Shown: positions 18,593-28,031 of the stretch, one piece after another | Position numbering within the stretch: the first letter of the stretch is position 1 | Layout: every line of letters starts with the position of its first letter | Source: Planctomycetota bacterium | GTDB lineage: Bacteria > Planctomycetota > UBA1135 > UBA2386 | Reading direction: 5' to 3' | Length of the DNA stretch: 64,000 nucleotides | NCBI GenBank assembly: GCA_046290465.1 | Contig: JBKAGP010000001.1 | Coordinates: 3,264,001 to 3,328,000 of the forward strand | The notes under the pieces: generated by a model | The model's database searches: none | Seen by the model: the letters and a program-made list of their open reading frames with translations, nothing else | Told to the model about the DNA's origin: nothing | Program-made: the position numbers and the translations under genes

Positions 18593-20341
18593 TCACTGCC
18601 CCCCGGTGATCGGTCCCTGCGCCGAGGCCTTCGACAGGAACAGCACGGCGAAGCAGGTGCTGTCGAGGGTCAGCGTGCTCGCGTGGCCACTGCGGAACGA
18701 GCCGTCGGGCCGCTGTGCCAGCAGCAGCTGCATGCCGCCCTCGTAGTACCAGTCACGCCCCTGCAGCTGCGCCACGCCGGCCAGTTCGCAGCAGCGTTCG
18801 AGGCAGTAGAGCCAGTAGGCGCGGTGGTTGTCGGCGCGCTCGGGGTCGCCGGGGTTGCTGCGCACCGAGAAGTGCCGCGCGATCCAGGCAAAGCCATCGC
18901 GAACGCCGTCGTCGATGCGACGCTCGAGCCCGCGGTCCCGCACGCCCTGCGCCGTCAGGCCGGCGCGGGCCAGCAGCAGGCCGCTGACGCCGGCGCTCGT
19001 CATCGCGCCGTAGGTCGGCTCGTCGGGCTCGCGGTAGGCGAAGCCGCGCACCTTGGCGCGGGCCCGCTGGGCGACGGCCGGCTCGTCGCCACCGGCAGCC
19101 CGCAGCAGCGCGCCGTGGTCGACCAACTCGAGGTGCAGCGAGCCCTGCTGGCCGGCCTGCACCGCCAGCAGGTGCCGCGCCGCCGCCGCGAACGCCGACG
19201 CCGGCACGTCCAGGTCGAGCTGCTGCGCCGCGCGCAGCCCCAGCAGGCCATACTGCTGCAGCGACGTGTCGTAGCGCGGGCCCCGCGTGTAGTTGAAGCG
19301 CAGCAGTTCGTCGCTCCGGACGCGCGGATCGGTGCACTTCAGCAGCCGCACCAGCCACCCGGCAGCCGCCCGGCGGTCGGTGGCCGACAGCTCGGTGCGC
19401 CGGCCGAGCGCGGCCATCGCCATCAGCGCGGTCGCGAGCGAGTAGGCATCGTCGATGCGCCGTCGCCGCAGCGTCGAGAAGCCCTCCTGCACGACCTCGT
19501 CCTGCGGCGGAACGTGCCCGTGCAGCATCGCCAGCAGCGCCAGCGCCAGCCGGCCGCTACCGTAGTTGCGTTCGCCGCGTCGATCCTCGAGGAAGCCGCG
19601 GTCGGCAGCGACCGCCGATCGCACCCAGGTGGCGCCGTCGCGGATCGCCGTGGCGACGCGCTTGCGGAAGTCGAAGTCCTGGTTGGCGCGAACGGCCACC
19701 AGCCGCCACTCGTCGACGATCTGCAGCCGTCGCCAGCGGCGCTCGCCCTCGTCGACGACCAGCAGGCACTCCGCGTGGTAGCCGGCCACCAGCCCGCGCG
19801 CCGCGTCGACGCTGCGCGTGATCGTCACTTCGCCTGCGCCGCCGCCGACGCACCGCGCCGCGAGCCGGTCGCGGCGCGACGGCGGCTTGAGCCGGATCCG
19901 CGCTCGCAGGTGCTGCACCCCGCCCTCGTCGGGCGACGACCAGCTGCCGGTGACGCGGACCTCGCCGTAGGGCAGCAGCATCGGAACGGTCATCCTCGCC
20001 GAGCGCGGCCCGAGCTCGAACGCGACCGCCCGCAGCACGTCGCGGAGGTCGCAGACCTGGCCGGCGACGCCGCGTCGATCGTCGCGCAACTCCCCTGCGC
20101 ACAGCACCGGGGCCGGCGGCATGCGCGGCAGGTAGCGCGCCGGCAGCTTCGCGTCGAGCGGCGCCTTGTCGGCCAACGCCTTGCTGCGGCAGGCGACCGA
20201 CGCGGCCGCGCGTGCCGTTCGTCGGTATTCGACCGCCCCGTGCTCCGGCACCGTCCACGCGGCTGCCTGCGCCGGAACGGCGCCGCACGCCGTCATCATC
20301 CACACCCAGAACCCTCCCCCACCACGTCGCTTGCTCCCCAT
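18593..20341 (-). CDS. Protein with C-terminal prenyltransferase/squalene-oxidase-repeat domain
   Basis: YDTSLQQYGLLGL, YGAMTSAG, YWLYCLER, LLAQRPDGSF; start uncertain. Confidence 0.7.
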   Translation of the reverse strand: MGSKRRGGGGFWVWMMTACGAVPAQAAAWTVPEHGAVEYRRTARAAASVACRSKALADKAPLDAKLPARYLPRMPPAPVLCAGELRDDRRGVAGQVCDLRDVLRAVAFELGPRSARMTVPMLLPYGEVRVTGSWSSPDEGGVQHLRARIRLKPPSRRDRLAARCVGGGAGEVTITRSVDAARGLVAGYHAECLLVVDEGERRWRRLQIVDEWRLVAVRANQDFDFRKRVATAIRDGATWVRSAVAADRGFLEDRRGERNYGSGRLALALLAMLHGHVPPQDEVVQEGFSTLRRRRIDDAYSLATALMAMAALGRRTELSATDRRAAAGWLVRLLKCTDPRVRSDELLRFNYTRGPRYDTSLQQYGLLGLRAAQQLDLDVPASAFAAAARHLLAVQAGQQGSLHLELVDHGALLRAAGGDEPAVAQRARAKVRGFAYREPDEPTYGAMTSAGVSGLLLARAGLTAQGVRDRGLERRIDDGVRDGFAWIARHFSVRSNPGDPERADNHRAYWLYCLERCCELAGVAQLQGRDWYYEGGMQLLLAQRPDGSFRSGHASTLTLDSTCFAVLFLSKASAQGPITGGQ

Positions 20342-20356
20342 GCCCGTCAGTGCACC

Positions 20357-20420
20357 AACAGGGGGATTCGAAAACAGGGGGACTCGAAAACAGGGGGACT
20401 CGAAAACAGGGGGACTGGAA
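20357..20420. repeat. 4x16-bp tandem repeat AACAGGGGGAYTSGAA
   Basis: Units start at 20357, 20373, 20389 and 20405, in a divergent intergenic region. Confidence 0.92.
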
Positions 20421-20516
20421 AGTCCTGTGGGAGGATGTTGCGGCACGCTGCAACGCGCCGTGAAGCGATTGGCGAACGCGCTTGCCTGGCACCCATGCGC
20501 CCGCTCCGATGCTTAC

Positions 20517-20648
20517 ATGTTCGCGCACATCACCCCGCTCGAAGCCCCTCTCCTCTGGGTCGCGTTCGCCGCCGGCATCGCGGTCGGCGTCGCCGCCATG
20601 CTCGTCCGCAACCGGATCGGCAACCGCCAACGCATCACCCGGAGCTGA
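20517..20648 (+). CDS. Small single-TM protein, 43 aa
   Basis: MFAHITPLEAPLLWVAFAAGIAVGVAAMLVRNRIGNRQRITRS; ends 5 nt before thyX. Confidence 0.55.
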   Translation: MFAHITPLEAPLLWVAFAAGIAVGVAAMLVRNRIGNRQRITRS

Positions 20649-20653
20649 GCCAG

Positions 20654-22279
20654 GTGGGCGGATACAGCGACTTCGAACGGCAGCTGCTCGAGACCTACTT
20701 CTCGGTCGTCGACGGCCCGGACCACGCCGACATCTACCTGGTCCGCAACCTGCCGGCCGAGGTCGCGGCGACGCTCAACGGCGTCTACTCGCGCAGCAGC
20801 AAGTCGATGCGCGACCAGTTCCTCGACCGCCTCCGGCAGGGACTCGACTCCCAGGGCAAGAAGCTCGAAGACCTGCCGCTGCCGTCGGGCGCGCGCGACG
20901 AACTGTCGGCGGTGATGGCCGACAAGTCCGGCAAGTTCCTCAAGACCTACGCGATCGACCACGGCCACAACTCGCTGCGCGAAGGCTCGGTCGTGCACCT
21001 CGCCGTCGAGCGGGTGTCGCAGCTGGTCACGCGCTTCATCCAGCGCGAGCGCCGCTGCAGCTTCGAGGAGTCGTCGACGCGCTACATCCCGTTCACGGCC
21101 GAGACCCACTACCGCGACCCCGACGTGGTCGCCGCCGGTGGCGATGTGCTCGCCGACTACGACGCCGTGCTGCAGGAGTCGTTCGACCTCTACACCAAGG
21201 CCACCGGCGTGCTGCTCGAGCACCTGCAGAAGGTGCGGCCGCTGGCCGACGGCGAGAAGCAAGGTCCCTACCTGCGCACGCTGAAGGCGGAGGCGTTCGA
21301 CGCGGCGCGCTACCTGCTGACGCCGGCGATCTACACCAAGTGGGGCATGGTCGCTGACGCGCGCACGCTCAGCGACATCATCACCGAACTGCTCAGCCAC
21401 CCGCTGGCCGAGTTCCGCGCGGTCGGCGAACGCATCAAGGAGCAGGCGCAGCAGGTGCTGCCGACGCTGTTGACGCATGCGAAGCCGAACGCGTTCTTGC
21501 AGGCGCAGCACAGCGAACTGCCGAAGCTCGCCGCCGAGCTCGGCGTTGCCAGGGCAGAGCCGGTGGTCGGTCCGGCGCAGGGCCACACGGTGATGCTGCG
21601 CTACGACCGCGACCTCGACGACCGCCTGCTGGCGTCGCTGCTCTACGAGTCGAGCCAGCAGCCGTTCCTGGCGCTGCTCGACCGCGTGCAGGCGATGTCG
21701 GCGCAAGAACGCGAGCTGCTGCTCGATCGCCTGATGGCGCAGCGCGGTTCGCACGACGCGTGGCCGATCGGCCTCGAGGGCGGCGACATGTTCGAGTTCG
21801 AGACCGAGCTCGACTTCGGCGCCTACCGCGACATCGGCCGCCACCGGAAGGGCTTCCAGCAGCAGCAGACGCTGACCACCGCACACGGCTTCGCGGTGCC
21901 GCCGCTGATGCAGGAGGCCGGCCTCGGTGACGAGTACGAAGCGGTGATGAAGCGCGTCGCCGAACGGCAGCAGCGCGTCGCCGAGCGCTTCCCGCAGGCC
22001 GCCGCCTACGTGACGCCGTTCGGATTCCTGCAGCGCGTGCGGCTGATCTTCGACCCGCGCCAGGTCGCCTACTTCGTCGAACTGCGCAGCGGCCCCGAGG
22101 GCCACTTCTCGTATCGCCAGGTCGCACTCGACATGTTCGCGCACGTGCGCGAGGTCAGCCCGCTGTTCGCGAAGTTCATCCGCGCGAAGGAAGGCGCGGC
22201 GTTCCTCGGCCGGCTCGACAGCGAGATGACGGCGGACGAGCGACGCAAGCGGCGCATGGAAGCGGCGGGCGACGCGTAA
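20654..22279 (+). CDS. thyX: FAD-dependent thymidylate synthase, tandem two-domain type
   Basis: YSRS, DHGHNS, RERRCSFEESSTRY, second-domain DFGAYRDIGRHR, ELRSGPEGHFSYR; GGAG upstream of the GTG. Confidence 0.88.
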   Translation: MGGYSDFERQLLETYFSVVDGPDHADIYLVRNLPAEVAATLNGVYSRSSKSMRDQFLDRLRQGLDSQGKKLEDLPLPSGARDELSAVMADKSGKFLKTYAIDHGHNSLREGSVVHLAVERVSQLVTRFIQRERRCSFEESSTRYIPFTAETHYRDPDVVAAGGDVLADYDAVLQESFDLYTKATGVLLEHLQKVRPLADGEKQGPYLRTLKAEAFDAARYLLTPAIYTKWGMVADARTLSDIITELLSHPLAEFRAVGERIKEQAQQVLPTLLTHAKPNAFLQAQHSELPKLAAELGVARAEPVVGPAQGHTVMLRYDRDLDDRLLASLLYESSQQPFLALLDRVQAMSAQERELLLDRLMAQRGSHDAWPIGLEGGDMFEFETELDFGAYRDIGRHRKGFQQQQTLTTAHGFAVPPLMQEAGLGDEYEAVMKRVAERQQRVAERFPQAAAYVTPFGFLQRVRLIFDPRQVAYFVELRSGPEGHFSYRQVALDMFAHVREVSPLFAKFIRAKEGAAFLGRLDSEMTADERRKRRMEAAGDA

Positions 22280-22286
22280 CTCGCGG

Positions 22287-24401
22287 CTACTTCAGCAGGA
22301 TCTCACACGCGTTGGTCGGCTGGCCGCTCGACGCCCACTCGAAGTCCCACACGAACGCCGCCATCGAGATCTGCGTGGCGTTGAGGAACTGCGGCAGCGG
22401 CGCGGCCGGCGAGAAGTCGAAGCCCACCTGCGCGTTGCCGTCCGTGTCGAGGAAGCCGAGGAAGCCGGTGTAGTAGGCGCCGGTGTTGCCTGCCGACGCG
22501 ACCAGCAGCCAGTCGTCCTCGAGCGGGAACACCTCGCCCAGGTACGGGGTGCCGGGCACCATGCCGCCGAGGCTGAGCGCGACGAAGTAGGGATCCTCGG
22601 AGTGGTCGAGGCCACCGCGCAGCGACGCCTGCACCGGCTGGGCCAGAGCCAGGTCGATCGACTGACGGTCGACGACGAGGTGCGGTGCCGACGGCTGCAG
22701 CGGCAGGTCGAGCCAGCAGCCGTTGCCGTTCTCGAGGGTCAGGTCGACGCCGAAGTCCCCGAAGATCGGCGCCACCGCGAGCCGTGGCGTCATCGGGAAC
22801 TCGCGCAGCCACAGGTTGCGCAGACGCAGCCGCAAGGTCGCGTTGGCCGGAATCTCGACGCCGACCGGCGGCAGACGCAGGTCATGGACCTCGACGACGC
22901 CGGCGACGCTGCCGCGCGACGCGACGGCATTGCTCGACAACAGCACCTCGTCGCCGCCGACCGGCTGCACGGTCAACAGCGCCGCCAGCATCCACTCCGG
23001 TTGGTCGGGCGTCAGCTCGAGGTGCAGCGTCGGGCTGCGCAGCAGCCGCACGTCGGCCGGCATCGTCATCGACCAGACCTGCTCGTCGAGCGGGCAGGCG
23101 CTCAGCACGTTGGGCAGCGCGCGCACCGAAGCCTGGTCGAAGTAGTCGGTCGGCGTGAAGCTGGTCGCGGCCGGGTCGAGCACCTGCTCGACACGCACGT
23201 CGCCCTGCGGCGTCGACGGCGGCGCGCTGCGCAGCAGCAGGTCGTCGTACAGGTGGAAGCGCTCGGCGCCGGACGGCGTGATCAGTTCGTCGACGTGCTC
23301 GCGGCTCCAGGCCGACAGCGGATCGTCGCGGTCGCCGGCATCGAGCGGCATCAGCGCCAGCAGGTGCGCCGGTTCGAGTTCGACCTCGTTGGCCTCGTCC
23401 CACAGGAAGCGGTTGAGCCAGCGCAGGGTCAGGTGGTCGTTGGCGGCCTCCTCGAGCTGGTTGCGCACGACGCCGTGACCGAGCGTGCTCAGCATCGTGC
23501 GGGTCGGCGCCTGCATGGTCGAGAGCCGTTGCAGCGCCGACAGCGGCGAGTTGATCAGGTCGTGGTAGGCGTGCGTGTAGAACGTCGGCACGTCGGCACC
23601 GACCAGCTGCGGGCCGATCTCGCGGCCCTCGGCCTGCCAGGCCGCGAGCAGCGAAGCCGGGTCCTGCGCGACGAAACCGGCGCGCGCCTGCTGCACGAAC
23701 GCCGGGTCGAACGTCACGCTCGGATCGCCGACGGCCATCGCCTCGATCCACCAGGTGCTGAACAGCAGGCCGCCGCGCAGCCAGTCGTCGCACGAGCAGG
23801 CGACCAGGTCGCGGGGCACGATGCAGTCGACCAGCGGGAACGTGATCGGCGTGCGCCCGGGCGTGGTCAGCGCGGTTCCGGTCGAAGCGGCCGCCGTCCA
23901 GGCGTGCGCGCCGCCCTGGCTGGTGCCGACGATGCCGAGGCGGTCGGTGTCGACGACGCCCTGCCACATCGGCTCGGCCGCGACGAACGCGATCTGCTCG
24001 GCGAGGTCGTGACGTTCGATCGGGCCCCACAGCGTGGTGCCCTCCTGGATGTGTCCGACGTTGGCGGTCATCGCCTCGCCCTGGCCGCGCACGTCGTAGC
24101 TCCAGACCGCGAAGCCCTGCTCGGCGAGGAACGTCTGCAGCGACAGTTCTTCGAAGCGGTTGTGGCCGAGGCGATGGACGTAGACGACCAGCGGCCAGCC
24201 GCACGACGGCGCCGGCGCGTTGGGCAGCATCAGCGCCGCGAACGTCTGGTAGCCGTCGGAATAGGTCACCGGCACCGACAGCGTCGACTGCAGCGGAAAG
24301 CCGTCCGGCGGCGGCGTCGGCCGCGCGCACTGCGCGGACAGACCGGCGGACAGAACGACCAGCATGGCTGCGAGGACGAGGTGCATGCGACGCGAGAGCA
24401 T
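22287..24401 (-). CDS. Secreted CocE/NonD (peptidase S15) alpha/beta hydrolase with extra C-terminal domain
   Basis: PLVVYVH, YDVRGQG, GTSQGG nucleophile elbow; signal peptide. Confidence 0.8.
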   Translation of the reverse strand: MLSRRMHLVLAAMLVVLSAGLSAQCARPTPPPDGFPLQSTLSVPVTYSDGYQTFAALMLPNAPAPSCGWPLVVYVHRLGHNRFEELSLQTFLAEQGFAVWSYDVRGQGEAMTANVGHIQEGTTLWGPIERHDLAEQIAFVAAEPMWQGVVDTDRLGIVGTSQGGAHAWTAAASTGTALTTPGRTPITFPLVDCIVPRDLVACSCDDWLRGGLLFSTWWIEAMAVGDPSVTFDPAFVQQARAGFVAQDPASLLAAWQAEGREIGPQLVGADVPTFYTHAYHDLINSPLSALQRLSTMQAPTRTMLSTLGHGVVRNQLEEAANDHLTLRWLNRFLWDEANEVELEPAHLLALMPLDAGDRDDPLSAWSREHVDELITPSGAERFHLYDDLLLRSAPPSTPQGDVRVEQVLDPAATSFTPTDYFDQASVRALPNVLSACPLDEQVWSMTMPADVRLLRSPTLHLELTPDQPEWMLAALLTVQPVGGDEVLLSSNAVASRGSVAGVVEVHDLRLPPVGVEIPANATLRLRLRNLWLREFPMTPRLAVAPIFGDFGVDLTLENGNGCWLDLPLQPSAPHLVVDRQSIDLALAQPVQASLRGGLDHSEDPYFVALSLGGMVPGTPYLGEVFPLEDDWLLVASAGNTGAYYTGFLGFLDTDGNAQVGFDFSPAAPLPQFLNATQISMAAFVWDFEWASSGQPTNACEILLK

Positions 24402-24486
24402 AGCAAGCTCCCGCGCGTTCGTCGCTGCCGGCAAAGACCTGACACGGCGGGCCAAATCCGCTGCGCAGATCGGATATGAGCGGACC

Positions 24487-26028
24487 ATGGTCCACCAGCC
24501 ACTTCGCCCGCGGCGCGCCCTCACGAAGCTCGCAACGGTTCTTTGCGTGTTGTTCTCATTCGGTGCGGCGACCGCGCAGCAACCGTTGACGGCCGAGCGC
24601 GTGCAGGCGCTGGTCGATGCCGCGGCGGCCGCGTTCCCGGTGCAGGGGATGGCGCTCGCGGTGATCCGGGACGGCGAGGTGCTGGTCGAGACGGCGATCG
24701 GCGAGGCCGAGCAGGGTCGCCCGATGACGCCGACGACGCTCTGCAACATCGCGTCGTGCAGCAAGGCGTTCACGGCGGCGGCGGTCGCTCTGCTGGTCGA
24801 GGACGGCGTGGTCGCCTGGAACGACAAGGTCGTCGAGCACCTGCCCGAGTTTCGCCTCAGCGACCCGTGGATCACGGCGAACATGACGATCCGCGACCTG
24901 CTGTGCCACCGCTGCGGGCTCAAGACGTTCGCCGGCGACCTGCTGTGGTACGGCACCGAATACGAGGACGACGAGGTCATCCGGCGGATGGCCAAGCTGC
25001 CGATCACGCAGAACTTCCGCGAGCAGTTCGGCTACCAGAACCTGATGTACCTGTGCGCCGGCAAGGTCGTCGAGCGCAAGACGGGCAAGAGCTGGAGCGC
25101 GTTCGTGCAGGAACGGCTGCTCGGCCCGCTCGGCATGGCCGCGTCGCGGCCGGCCGTGCAGGACCTGCCCGACGGTGCCGAGGTCGCGCTGCCGCACATC
25201 GATGGCCAGCCGATCGCGGGCCATCCGTTCGTGGCGTGCAAGCCGGCGGCGTCGATGTACTCGTCGGTGCACGATCTGACCCGGTGGCTGCGCATGCTGC
25301 TGGCCGGCGGGCGGTGGCAGGGCGAGCAGCTGTTGCAGCAGAAGTCGCTCGCCGAGATGTGGCGGCCGCAGACGCACCTGGCGCGCGCCGGGACGGGGCC
25401 CGGCGTCGAGGACTTCGAGAGCTACGGGCTCGGCTGGTTCCTGACGGTCGACCGCGGCAACAAGGTCGTCGAGCACGACGGCGGCATGCCGGGCTTCCTC
25501 AGCAAGGTCTCGCTGGTGCCGGTGAAGAAGTTCGGGTTCGCGGTGCTCAACAACGGCAACGACGGCGTGCTCAACGAGGCGATCAAACGCGCGATCTACG
25601 CCGAGCTGGCCGGTGGCGACGGCGTCGCGGTGATCGAACGCATCGGCGAGATCAAGAAGCGCATCGATGCGCGCCAGGCAGCCGAGGTCGCGGCGCGCGA
25701 GGCCAGGCGGCGCAAGGGCACGGTTCCGTCACACGAGCTGGCGGCCTGTGTCGGTTCGTATCGCGACGAGATCTACGGGAACGCGACGATCACGCGCACC
25801 GAGGCGGGCGCGCTGCACGTCGTGCTCGAGCCGGCCAGCAAGCGCCTGCACGGGACGATGTCCCACTGGCACGACGACACGTTCCGCGTCGACTTCCCGG
25901 ACCGCTTCCTGCCGTTCGCGCTGGTGCAGTTCGAACTCGACAGCAACAGCGCGGTGGTCGCGTTCCACATCGACTGCCCCATCGCCGACTTCGACTTCGC
26001 CCAACTCGACTTCCGCCGCCCCCAATAA
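24487..26028 (+). CDS. Beta-lactamase-like serine hydrolase with C-terminal DUF3471-like domain
   Basis: SxxK (SCSK), YQN, HDGG; GSYRDEIYG tail. Confidence 0.88.
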   Translation: MVHQPLRPRRALTKLATVLCVLFSFGAATAQQPLTAERVQALVDAAAAAFPVQGMALAVIRDGEVLVETAIGEAEQGRPMTPTTLCNIASCSKAFTAAAVALLVEDGVVAWNDKVVEHLPEFRLSDPWITANMTIRDLLCHRCGLKTFAGDLLWYGTEYEDDEVIRRMAKLPITQNFREQFGYQNLMYLCAGKVVERKTGKSWSAFVQERLLGPLGMAASRPAVQDLPDGAEVALPHIDGQPIAGHPFVACKPAASMYSSVHDLTRWLRMLLAGGRWQGEQLLQQKSLAEMWRPQTHLARAGTGPGVEDFESYGLGWFLTVDRGNKVVEHDGGMPGFLSKVSLVPVKKFGFAVLNNGNDGVLNEAIKRAIYAELAGGDGVAVIERIGEIKKRIDARQAAEVAAREARRRKGTVPSHELAACVGSYRDEIYGNATITRTEAGALHVVLEPASKRLHGTMSHWHDDTFRVDFPDRFLPFALVQFELDSNSAVVAFHIDCPIADFDFAQLDFRRPQ

Positions 26029-26031
26029 CCA

Positions 26032-26061
26032 CCGCATACCGAACCCGGTTCAAGCTGCGCC
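26032..26061 (-). repeat. REP-like unit
   Basis: Reverse complement GGCGCAGCTTGAACCGGGTTCGGTATGCGG matches the copies at 6084, 56686 and 56761. Confidence 0.8.
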
Positions 26062-26095
26062 ACTTCGCCGGCCGACCGTGCGGGGTGAAAGGTGA

Positions 26096-26761
26096 CTATC
26101 GAAACAGGTGGGCCAGGAGGGTGGGGATGCCGATGGTGAGGCGGGCGGGGGCGATGCCGAGGTCGGTGACGAACGGGATGTCGTCTTCGGAGGGGACCGT
26201 GATCGTCTCGCAGGTGTGCAGGCCGGCGACGAACAGGTCGACGCGGTTGCGCAGGTCGTTGGCGCGCGGCTTCGACCACCACGAGGTCGCGCAGCACCAT
26301 CGACAGCGCTCGGCGTCGTTCCAGTCGCGGCACGGCTCCCGGTCGCGGTCGATCAGGTCGCCGCGGTGGCAGACCAGCTCGGCACCTCGCGCACATGCGA
26401 ACGTCCGGCTGCCGAGACGGTCCGCCAGCCACAGCACGTTCGGGCTGCCCTGGCCACCCAGGCCGACGTGCACGACGACACGGTTCGGCTCGGCGCGCAG
26501 CAGCCCGGTCAGCGCCAGCTCGAGCGGCGCGTCCACCTGACTCTTCGCGACCTTGCTCAGCGGCAGGGCCCTGCGCTCGCAGAAGGTCGACACCTGCACG
26601 CCGTCGCCCGCGGTCGGCGTCGACTCGCCTTCGTGAACGGCCGCCAGCCAGCGCACGGCCGCCCCGCGCTGCGCCGCGTCTGCCGCCAGCTCGGCCGCGA
26701 CCGCCTGGCTCCAATGCGGCTCGCGCCCCGCTCCGGGCGAACTGACGACGACGATCTGCAC
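26096..26761 (-). CDS. Stand-alone glycosyltransferase family 4 N-terminal-like domain, Cys-rich
   Basis: PNRVVVH, CHRG...C...C..CC, ITVPS; no C-terminal Rossmann half. Confidence 0.5.
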   Translation of the reverse strand: MQIVVVSSPGAGREPHWSQAVAAELAADAAQRGAAVRWLAAVHEGESTPTAGDGVQVSTFCERRALPLSKVAKSQVDAPLELALTGLLRAEPNRVVVHVGLGGQGSPNVLWLADRLGSRTFACARGAELVCHRGDLIDRDREPCRDWNDAERCRWCCATSWWSKPRANDLRNRVDLFVAGLHTCETITVPSEDDIPFVTDLGIAPARLTIGIPTLLAHLFR

Positions 26762-26870
26762 GGCAGAACGATCGCACGAGCGTGCGGGCACGGCAATCGA
26801 ATCCGCCAACGCAGCTGCGTTGCACCGACGGCCGACGCGCCTATCCTTCCCCGGTCGCGCCGACGCCGCC

Positions 26871-28031
26871 ATGGAGTTCCACAGTTCGCTAGCCGAGTCC
26901 CACGACCTCGCCGAAGCCTGCGACACGGTGGCCAGCGAACTGCGCCGTCACCTCGGCACGGCACCGCTCGATCTCGCCGTCGTGTTCGCATCGGCCGACT
27001 ACGGCGCAGCCCTCGACGGCCTGCCGGTGATGCTGCACGAACGGATCGCAGCCCGCACGCTGATCGGCTGCACCGGCGCGGCCCAGCTGCACGCGACCAG
27101 CATGTGCGAGGGCACCCCCGCGCTGTCGGTGATCGCCGGCCGGATGCCGGCCGCCGAGGTCGCCGCCTGCGCCGTCGGCAACGCCGACCTGCCGCACGCC
27201 GACGCGCCGCCGGCCGACTGGCGGCGCCTGCTGCCCGAGCTGTCGTCGCCGATCCGCGGCGTGCTGGTGCTCGGTGAGCCGTTCCACTTCGACATGCGCC
27301 CGCTGCTGTCCGGCCTCGACTTCGTGCTGCCCGAGGCGCCGAAGGTCGGCGGCCTTGCGAGCGGCAGCCACCACCCACACGGCAACGCGCTGTTCTGCGG
27401 CCGTGAGCGCATCGGCCAGGGCGCCGTGATGCTGGCGATCGCCGGCGACGTGCAGGTCGCGCCCGTGGTCGCGCAGGGCTGCCGGCCGATCGGCCGCCCG
27501 GGCCGCATCACCAAGGCCGATCGCAACCGGCTCGCCTCGGTCGACGACCTGCCCGTCAAGACCTTCGTCGAACAGCAGCTGCAGGGCCTCGCCTCGCACG
27601 AACTCGAACTCGCCGAGGGCAACCCGCTGTTCCTCGGCATCGCCAGCGACCCGTTCGCGGTCGAGGAGCCGACCGCTGGGGACTTCCTGGTGCGCAACGT
27701 GCTGGGCATCGACAGCGACGGCCACCTCGTCGTCGGCGAACACCTGTCGGTCGGCCGCTCGGTGCAGCTCCACCTGCGCGACGGCGACGGCGGCCTCGAC
27801 GACCTCGAAGCGCAGCTGCGGCGCGTTGGCGCCGACCGCGCCGGCGCCGCGCTGATGTTCCGCTGCATCGGACGCGAAGGGCTCGACCACCAACGGTTCC
27901 GCAGCCTCGCGCCGGAGGTGCCGCTCGCCGGCTGCACCTGCAACGGCGAGATCGGCCCGGTCGGTCGGGTCACGCACATGCACGGCTACACGGCCTCGTG
28001 CCTGCTGCTGCGCGAGGGCGCGCCCGCATGA
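26871..28031 (+). CDS. FIST signal-transduction domain protein
   Basis: LIGCTG, VGGLASG, AQGCRPIG, FLVRNVLG, CIGR, CNGEIGPVG..HGYT. Confidence 0.9.
   Translation: MEFHSSLAESHDLAEACDTVASELRRHLGTAPLDLAVVFASADYGAALDGLPVMLHERIAARTLIGCTGAAQLHATSMCEGTPALSVIAGRMPAAEVAACAVGNADLPHADAPPADWRRLLPELSSPIRGVLVLGEPFHFDMRPLLSGLDFVLPEAPKVGGLASGSHHPHGNALFCGRERIGQGAVMLAIAGDVQVAPVVAQGCRPIGRPGRITKADRNRLASVDDLPVKTFVEQQLQGLASHELELAEGNPLFLGIASDPFAVEEPTAGDFLVRNVLGIDSDGHLVVGEHLSVGRSVQLHLRDGDGGLDDLEAQLRRVGADRAGAALMFRCIGREGLDHQRFRSLAPEVPLAGCTCNGEIGPVGRVTHMHGYTASCLLLREGAPA

Noticed and set aside
20357..20420. Possible CRISPR array or plasmid iterons
   Set aside because: There are no spacers, and no cas or rep gene nearby.
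18020..20653. Apparent 1419-aa ThyX fusion
   Set aside because: The N-terminal 880 aa is antisense to real genes and reads through the tandem repeat. ThyX similarity begins at about 20654.
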